Shown piece by piece: positions 58,261 through 64,000 of a DNA stretch of 64,000 bases (the first letter of the stretch is position 1; every line of letters starts with the position of its first letter). The stretch covers positions 248,001 to 312,000 of IMG/VR virus record IMGVR_UViG_3300032334_002567. The stretch is one strand, 5' to 3'. Both the position numbers and the translations under genes were made by a program. The notes under the pieces are model-generated. The model was given only the letters and a program-made list of their open reading frames with translations, was not told the origin of the DNA and did not search any database.

Positions 58261-58476
58261 ATGGAACCACACTATCAGCCTGAAGATGATTTGCTATTGG
58301 TTCAAGAGGAAATGACAACGCCAATAAAATACATGGCAGTTTGTCAAAATGAAGGAAAGAACTTTCCTCTGACATATATTGTTGTTGATGCTACTTGTGA
58401 AGCAGATGCAATTCAGAATATTTTAGAAATGCACCCGAGCTTGAAGGTTCTAAAAGCGTATCCTTCAAAGGGGTAA
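58261..58476 (+). CDS. hypothetical protein
   Basis: AAGGA RBS before ATG 58261. Confidence 0.55.
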   Translation: MEPHYQPEDDLLLVQEEMTTPIKYMAVCQNEGKNFPLTYIVVDATCEADAIQNILEMHPSLKVLKAYPSKG

Positions 58477-58555
58477 TTAGGCAATATAGGCAATTTGTCT
58501 CTCTAAATAAATTGTACCCTAAAAGTGTGTTGGATCTAAACCCCGGAGCTATAAA

Positions 58556-58765
58556 ATGTCGAATCATACGAAGGATGCAGTGTTCATGCACACAAACACG
58601 GCTATGCAGGCCGCTGTGATCATGATGCAGCTTCCCAGCTTTTCTGAGCTTTCCGATGAGGAAAAGACTAAGCTGATGATGACGATTGCCATAAAGAGCA
58701 CGGATCGTATTATGGCTGTCATTGACCACGATGCCCGTGAAATTCCAGAGCCAAGTCTAAATTAG
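58556..58765 (+). CDS. hypothetical protein
   Basis: GGAG RBS after a motif copy. Confidence 0.6.
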   Translation: MSNHTKDAVFMHTNTAMQAAVIMMQLPSFSELSDEEKTKLMMTIAIKSTDRIMAVIDHDAREIPEPSLN

Positions 58766-58851
58766 TCATGAGAAGGCTCTACCCGTTTACGGACGAAAAC
58801 TTACGTCCAGTTGATATTTATAAACCCCTACTATCTTGTTGGAGAACTAAA

Positions 58852-59244
58852 ATGGGTCTTGATATGTTTGTCTATTCCGTTCCCGAAAGTCTTGTTGCCG
58901 ACAAAGGTGACACCGATGTTGTTCTTGAACTAGCTAGGGAAGTAAAGGAAGACGTTCACTATTGGCGCAAGCACCATGACCTTCATGGATGGATGGAAAA
59001 TCTGTATCGTGAGAAGGGTGGAGTCGCCCAATCTTTCAATTGCACCAATGTTCGATTGACCGAGGAAGACCTCGACAATTTGAAGAAAGACCTTCTTGAA
59101 CAACATCTGCCTAAAACAGAGGGATTCTTTTTTGGGAATAATCCTCCTGATGACGAAACCCTTGTTGATGATCTAGAGTTTATTGTGAAGGCAAGAGATG
59201 CTATAAAGAGCGGGAAGGCTGTTTTCTACGATAGTTGGTGGTAA
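58852..59244 (+). CDS. hypothetical phage protein
   Basis: MGLDM...YWRKH..LHGWM......FNC..V.LT.EDL..L...LP.TEGFFFG...FYDSWW. Confidence 0.8.
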   Translation: MGLDMFVYSVPESLVADKGDTDVVLELAREVKEDVHYWRKHHDLHGWMENLYREKGGVAQSFNCTNVRLTEEDLDNLKKDLLEQHLPKTEGFFFGNNPPDDETLVDDLEFIVKARDAIKSGKAVFYDSWW

Positions 59245-59473
59245 AGGAATAAATGGTGGAACTAAAAAAAGTTCAGTCTTGGGTAGAAGAATTCCCACCC
59301 CATTGGGATCTCTTTATTGACAAAACTGGTCGATTTCTAATCATTTCCAGTCCTGGCGGAACAACAATTTCTACATTGGAAATATCTGGAAATATAGAGA
59401 GATTTGATATTGGAACTTTGAAAGATAATTGTACCCTATCAGATTGCAAATTATAACTTTACCGGAGATACCA

Positions 59474-59710
59474 ATGAGCGGCTACAACGGATGGAAAAAT
59501 TGGGAAACTTGGAACGTAGTTCTCTGGATTGACAACGATGAGGGACTTTATAGCCTTCGCAAAGAGTGCGGAAACAATTATAATCGCTTCGTTTCAACCC
59601 TTGAAGAAATCTCTGAGGGTGAAATACGATACCGCACTCCAGACGGCGTGAGCTGGAATGATAGCGGAATCGACGTAGAAGAAATCAATAGCCACTGGGA
59701 GGATGAATAA
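59474..59710 (+). CDS. hypothetical phage protein
   Basis: YNGW.N.ETWNV.LWI.NDEGLY...TPDGV.W. Confidence 0.75.
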   Translation: MSGYNGWKNWETWNVVLWIDNDEGLYSLRKECGNNYNRFVSTLEEISEGEIRYRTPDGVSWNDSGIDVEEINSHWEDE

Positions 59711-59712
59711 GG

Positions 59713-59973
59713 ATGCACTCTCTGAAAGAAACACTTTGCAAAACACTGGATGACATCTTTTGCGACGTTTGTGGCGGATCTTGCAAAAAGATGATTGACG
59801 ATGAAGCATTCAACATCGAAAGTGCTTGTTTATCCGCAAATTGGGGATACGGCTCGCAACTTGATGGCGAAATGTATAGAATTGATATTTGTGAAGGTTG
59901 TTTTCAAAAGACCATTGGCTTTCTAAACAACAATCGAACTGTTGCGAACCCTTTAGCACCGCTAAACAACTAA
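59713..59973 (+). CDS. Zn-finger hypothetical protein
   Basis: CDVCG...WGYGS..DG.....DICE.C. Confidence 0.7.
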   Translation: MHSLKETLCKTLDDIFCDVCGGSCKKMIDDEAFNIESACLSANWGYGSQLDGEMYRIDICEGCFQKTIGFLNNNRTVANPLAPLNN

Positions 59974-60112
59974 AAGATAGCTTTAGGGTACAATTTGTGA
60001 ATGATTTCTTTGGAATCCTTGTAGTCGGTATTTGTGCAGTTATCGGTCAGGTTATCGGTCAGATCATCGTTAGAAGATAATTGTACCCTAAATCTAAAAC
60101 TAAGGAGCTAAT

Positions 60113-60322
60113 ATGGAAATCAAGATTTTTATTGGCGACATCGATGAGTTTTATAGTGATGCAAAAGAGGGAAACCGTCGCTGGGCGGTCTGGTCTAATT
60201 ATGGTGATAGTGGCAAGTTAGTAGAAAAACTTCTTGGCCGCTTTGAAACAGAAGAAGAAGCAGTTCAGTTTGCCAACGAATACGATCCTGGTGAGGGAAA
60301 GACTAAAGTAATTGTACCCTAA
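60113..60322 (+). CDS. hypothetical protein
   Basis: AAGGAG RBS; C-terminus (IVP) encoded by the motif. Confidence 0.65.
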   Translation: MEIKIFIGDIDEFYSDAKEGNRRWAVWSNYGDSGKLVEKLLGRFETEEEAVQFANEYDPGEGKTKVIVP

Positions 60323-60347
60323 ATCTATACCACTACAGGGGAAATAA

Positions 60348-61040
60348 ATGGAACGCCTTTACCACGGTACGTCTTCTAAGAATCTCAATAAAATCCTCGA
60401 AAACGGAATCCAGCCCCGAGGAAAGCGAAAAAGCAACTGGAAAGAATATCCCAGTCGCTCAGACATGGTTTATCTGACCAATGCTTATGCTCCCTTTTTT
60501 GCAGTTCAGAGCTGCAAGAAAAATGAAAAAGCATTGGTTCTGGAACTTGATAGAGATTCTCTGGATGCCAGCAATGTTTATCCTGATGAAGATTTCATTG
60601 CTCAAGCAATCGCCCAACAAACAAATGGCTCAATCGAAGATGTGCATGAGGCAGTTCGTGAGAATCTGGAAGATTACCAGCACCACACAGATGATAGCTT
60701 GGGTGGTCTGGGTAATGCTTGCTACAAGGGAACGGTTCCCCAGAATGCAATTACTCGTTATTGTTTGATTGATATAAAAGAGCGGCCTGATCTTGGAATG
60801 ACCGTCCTTGACCCTTCAATTAGCCTCTTAAACTATAAGTTTTGTGGAAGTCGGTATCGTTCGATTATAGCTTGGCTATTTGGTGATAGAGCCGATTTTG
60901 AAATTAGTATTGGGTCAAACGATACTTGGTTTCAAATGATGGAAACACAACAGCCCGGATATACTGAAAACATTAAAACGTTTTTCACAAATCGAGCTGG
61001 TATCGAGGTTGTCGAATCTAAAATAATTGTACCCTGCTAA
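60348..61040 (+). CDS. ADP-ribosyltransferase-fold (Tpt1/KptA-like) protein
   Basis: LYHGTS..NL..IL..GI.P ... VYLT ... VLE.D ... Y.G.VP..AI. Confidence 0.6.
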   Translation: MERLYHGTSSKNLNKILENGIQPRGKRKSNWKEYPSRSDMVYLTNAYAPFFAVQSCKKNEKALVLELDRDSLDASNVYPDEDFIAQAIAQQTNGSIEDVHEAVRENLEDYQHHTDDSLGGLGNACYKGTVPQNAITRYCLIDIKERPDLGMTVLDPSISLLNYKFCGSRYRSIIAWLFGDRADFEISIGSNDTWFQMMETQQPGYTENIKTFFTNRAGIEVVESKIIVPC

Positions 61041-61056
61041 GGTAAGGAGAAACCGA

Positions 61057-61452
61057 ATGACTTTCAATCTCAATGAGTATTTTGCTAATCCGGCTAATTT
61101 CACTAAGCATGGCAGTAGCTTTGTCATGTTCAAGCGGATTTTTTGTGCCGATGGTCTGACTTTTTCTGCTCAAGTTAGGGAGAGTGCTTACTGCACTCCC
61201 CGGCAAGACAATGGCCCATGGACTGCCGTGGAAGTCGGCTTTCCCAGTGAGAAGGTCGATGAGTTTATGCAGTACGCAGAGAATGCCGATGACCCCACTG
61301 GCACTGTGTATGGTTGGGTTCCGGTCGAGGTTGTGGAGCAAGTTGTTGAGAAGCATGGTGGTCTTATGCTCCAAGAGAGTAAGGAAGCAAAAATCACTGA
61401 ACTCAACAAGCAAATCAAAGAGCTTCAGAGTAAAGTCAAAGAGCTGTCTTGA
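61057..61452 (+). CDS. hypothetical phage protein
   Basis: I.CADG..FS.Q.....YC.PR...GP...VEVGFPS...YAE....PT.TVYG.VP. Confidence 0.75.
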   Translation: MTFNLNEYFANPANFTKHGSSFVMFKRIFCADGLTFSAQVRESAYCTPRQDNGPWTAVEVGFPSEKVDEFMQYAENADDPTGTVYGWVPVEVVEQVVEKHGGLMLQESKEAKITELNKQIKELQSKVKELS

Positions 61453-61496
61453 TTTGTACCCTATGTTTTTGTGAATAACCCCCTTTGGAGATAATC

Positions 61497-61736
61497 ATGA
61501 AAGCTATTGTTGCCGGACAGACTAGCCGGGGAAACGATTACTATAAGTTTGAAATGAGCGAGCAAGAGTTTGTTGCTTGCGACAATGACAATGAAGGCTT
61601 GTGCGTCTTTTGCGGCGAGCCAGCTTATGATGTTGAACCCGATGCTCGTAAGTATGCTTGCGAAAGCTGTGAGAAGAACGGTGTTTACGGTACGCAGGAA
61701 CTCTTGATGATGGGATACATCAAGTTCACTGAATAG
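61497..61736 (+). CDS. Zn-finger hypothetical protein
   Basis: G.C..CG.....VEPDARKY.CE.C....VYG. Confidence 0.75.
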   Translation: MKAIVAGQTSRGNDYYKFEMSEQEFVACDNDNEGLCVFCGEPAYDVEPDARKYACESCEKNGVYGTQELLMMGYIKFTE

Positions 61737-61917
61737 CCAGTTGTAGGTCGGCCCATATGGTAAGGGTCACGGCAAGGGTTGAATTATATGGGAAAACAAA
61801 AGGTTTGCTGAAATAAAATGGGCTAAGCCCGGCGACACTCCCGCCCCGTGACTACCCGCAACTGCTAAATATAAATTGTACCCTAAAAGTTTGTTCGATC
61901 CCCAAAGGAGATAAGCA

Positions 61918-62226
61918 ATGACTTGCTACATCATTGACGAAAACAACGAGCTTGGCCTTGGCGATGATGTTGAAATCGGTGTTGAAGTGAATTACACCGC
62001 CAACAGTGCTTCCGGCCCTAGCTGGAATGAATGGAGCGGTGGAGATCCGGGTTCCTCGGCTTTCCTCGACATTCATGGTTGGTCTGTCGATTCGATCACG
62101 GTCGGAAAGACTCTGGTTGATTATGACACTCTGCCTGAGGAAACTAAGAAAAAGATCGACGGTTTTATCGATAGCAGCTTCGATGACATCGAAGCTCAAA
62201 TCTGGGCTTCAGTGAGCGATGGGTGA
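61918..62226 (+). CDS. acidic hypothetical protein
   Basis: AAGGAG RBS after a motif copy. Confidence 0.65.
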   Translation: MTCYIIDENNELGLGDDVEIGVEVNYTANSASGPSWNEWSGGDPGSSAFLDIHGWSVDSITVGKTLVDYDTLPEETKKKIDGFIDSSFDDIEAQIWASVSDG

Positions 62227-62232
62227 AGGGGC

Positions 62233-62260
62233 TTGACAAACTAATTGTACCCTGTAAAAT
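62233..62260 (+). promoter_or_regulatory. sigma70-type promoter with TTGTACCCT inside the spacer
   Basis: TTGACA-16 bp-TAAAAT. Confidence 0.65.
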
Positions 62261-62285
62261 GGAAGCAACACCCCCCGGAGATCCA

Positions 62286-62558
62286 ATGATGACAAGCGTT
62301 TATGCGAAGATTACTGGTCGTGGCGAGTTTCCAATGGATATGCTGCGGTATGACAGTTGCAGCCCTGCTACTGAGTCCGACAGCTATTTGATTGCTCGCA
62401 CCTTTCATGACTTTGATAGGTGGGAGATTTTTGTGAAGTGCCGCCCGCTGGAGAAGAGGCGTTCTCCTTGGACGGTTGGCAGGTGGGAGAGCTTCGGTTG
62501 CAAGATCGAAGAAATTGACTATCATCCGCCACTTACCCGCAACACACAGCTTGCCTAA
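62286..62558 (+). CDS. hypothetical phage protein
   Basis: G.G.FP.DMLRYD.C.P...T..RW.SFG. Confidence 0.7.
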   Translation: MMTSVYAKITGRGEFPMDMLRYDSCSPATESDSYLIARTFHDFDRWEIFVKCRPLEKRRSPWTVGRWESFGCKIEEIDYHPPLTRNTQLA

Positions 62559-62564
62559 GCTGTT

Positions 62565-62647
62565 GCCGAAGTGGTGAAATTGGCATACACGCCAGACTCA
62601 AAATCTGGTGCCCAAAAGGCGTGTGGGTTCGACCCCCACCTTCGGCA
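62565..62647 (+). tRNA. tRNA-Leu(CAA)
   Basis: GCCGAAG/CTTCGGC acceptor, CCAGA-CTCAAAA-TCTGG, long variable arm. Confidence 0.92.
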
Positions 62648-62777
62648 TATTTAAATTGTACCCTAACAAAACGTTCCGATGGTGCCAACGCATTCGCTAG
62701 GTGTTGGGCTTGGGTAAATGGTTGCCTTCTCAACCAGCCAACGGAACACTGATCTTAACCCCAACGGAGATAACCAA

Positions 62778-63035
62778 ATGGATAACTATGTTCATTTTGA
62801 TGGTGAGTACGCTGATATTCCTGAGCTTACCCAAGGTGCTATCTTGCGGTATGTGCTTCAAAAGATTCCCCCCGGCAGTTTTCTGACGGCGGTTCTTTGC
62901 AATGACCTCTATAACGCAACGGGTAGGGCAGATGCAAATAATCTGGTAGCTCTGCCTCTTATCGTGCGATGGTTTGCTAACAAGTGTCCGCATCTTTACG
63001 GTGCAGATAATATGTACAAGTACCTCGGCACCTAA
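62778..63035 (+). CDS. hypothetical phage protein
   Basis: RY....IPPGSFL.AVL.NDL..A..RAD..N. Confidence 0.75.
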   Translation: MDNYVHFDGEYADIPELTQGAILRYVLQKIPPGSFLTAVLCNDLYNATGRADANNLVALPLIVRWFANKCPHLYGADNMYKYLGT

Positions 63036-63088
63036 ATAAAAATTGTACCCTATAAAGTTGTCCTTCTAACCCCCAACGGAGCTAACTT

Positions 63089-63400
63089 ATGCGTTATGCT
63101 GATTCCCGCTGTGAGATGATCGAAACTTACCAGCCTGATCACACCTACACCTTTGTCGGCCCGTGCATCGTGACCGGCAAGGAGCAGCGTGTCACGGTCA
63201 AAGCTCCCGACCTTTTCAAGTATCGGACGGGAGCATATGTTCAGGACGCTTTCCCCTACCTTGATGCCGCTGATCGTGAGTTTCTCATGACCGGCATGAG
63301 TGCAGAAGGTTGGCTTTTGACCTTCGGTGACGGTGCGGAAGACGATGAAGATTATGAAGATGATTGGGATGATGATGGAGAGCTTGGGGATCGGGATTGA
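63089..63400 (+). CDS. hypothetical phage protein
   Basis: G...QDAFP.L.A..REFL.TG....W...FG with acidic tail. Confidence 0.75.
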   Translation: MRYADSRCEMIETYQPDHTYTFVGPCIVTGKEQRVTVKAPDLFKYRTGAYVQDAFPYLDAADREFLMTGMSAEGWLLTFGDGAEDDEDYEDDWDDDGELGDRD

Positions 63401-63440
63401 TTTGTACCCTAACTCTAACTCTACTCCCAAAGGATTATCT

Positions 63441-63902
63441 ATGACAGTTCACGATAAGATGTGCACACCTAGTGGCTTACAGGAATTGGCAAAAGAATGG
63501 TGGGACTGTCTTGTCTCTGATGAGCTAGCTTTGAGCCTAAGTACAGCTTATATAAAAGCAACTGAAGGATTCGAACCTGAAGCGGGCTCGTTCTCTGTTC
63601 CTTGTCTATGCTCCTCCGGCACAGGCCAGATTGTTTGGTTGAAAAACAGAATCAATGATTTGAATCTATTGCCCGTAGGCGAAGCACGAATGCACGACGA
63701 TATCCCAGCTGTTACAACAGCTGTATTGCATGTAGGTTTTTTGTCTGTGTTCGAAACAGAAGAAATGGTTTGCCGATTACGCAACGAGCCTCTACGTCAA
63801 AATTGTGAAAACCCAGCAAGGTCGAAGATGTTTGCGACAGCTCAAAAGCAGGATGTGGCTCCGATAGATCGTACTGCGTCAATCGTTTCTAGATCAAATT
63901 GA
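63441..63902 (+). CDS. hypothetical protein
   Basis: AAGGA RBS after a motif copy; ATG 63441. Confidence 0.55.
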   Translation: MTVHDKMCTPSGLQELAKEWWDCLVSDELALSLSTAYIKATEGFEPEAGSFSVPCLCSSGTGQIVWLKNRINDLNLLPVGEARMHDDIPAVTTAVLHVGFLSVFETEEMVCRLRNEPLRQNCENPARSKMFATAQKQDVAPIDRTASIVSRSN

Positions 63903-64000
63903 TTTGGGAGTATCAAATGTCAATGAAAGTTTCTGAACTATCTGATTGGATCAAAACTCTTGAAAAAGATGATGTAGTCTGGATAGATGAGGGTGGACTA

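Larger units (their letters stand above)
23991..63411 (+). promoter_or_regulatory. dispersed (AAAATAA)TTGTACCCT(A) element, about 45 copies, mostly just upstream of RBS/ATG
   Basis: counted by eye at 23991(variant), 24015, 24338, 26199, 28096, 29765, 31356, 31800, 33177, 33597, 36937, 38726, 39462, 39742, 40336, 40710, 42000, 44331, 46619, 46976, 48246, 48770, 49182, 49797, 50157, 50650, 50708, 51221, 52409, 52668, 54282, 55464, 56403, 58512, 59429, 59984(minus strand), 60081, 60312, 61027, 61454, 61876, 62245, 62656, 63043, 63402. Confidence 0.85.

Noticed and set aside
24338-61056. ORF starts reading MYP... (24338, 31800, 48246, 59429, 61027)
   Set aside because: The TTG belongs to the TTGTACCCT element; true starts follow downstream RBSs.
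24305-63784. Many long minus-strand ORFs in the right arm (e.g. 42427..43563, 40701..41465, 33791..34522)
   Set aside because: Shadows of + strand genes with strong codon bias; no RBS or motifs.
1-64000. Stop-codon reassignment
   Set aside because: Recognisable genes are full length in the standard code, all three stops are used, and there is no suppressor tRNA.

Overview
This window looks like part of a large tailed-phage genome (jumbo or T4-like lifestyle); a Planctomycetota host is inferred, not proven. It has two compositionally distinct arms. The AT-rich left arm (1-21.6 kb) encodes Pro/Thr-repeat adhesin-like proteins, sulfotransferase-like proteins, glycosyltransferases, a 2OG-Fe(II) oxygenase, a 2H phosphoesterase, tRNA-Thr, an HNH endonuclease and a family of variable genes that share an N-terminal 'DGPIYSMLxGK' leader. 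A repeat-rich, mostly non-coding hinge (21.6-24.0 kb) follows. The G/T-rich right arm (24-64 kb) is a run of co-oriented small genes punctuated by about 45 copies of TTGTACCCT(A). It encodes a RuvB-like ATPase, two AAA/vWA pairs, a WGR-DNA ligase, UvsE, six tRNAs (tRNA-Lys interrupted by a group I intron) and several structured ncRNA candidates. The standout is an RNA-guided system of the TIGR-Tas type. Two dual-repeat arrays (25460-26198, about 21 units; 27408-27555, about 4 units) have a 35-nt unit, GAGTGAACCA-N8-GATTTTACA-N8. They lie near a nuclease-less IS110/Nop-domain protein (29987-30898, TasA-like), which has a separately transcribed ~200-nt structured RNA just upstream. All calls were made by eye; no database searches were run.
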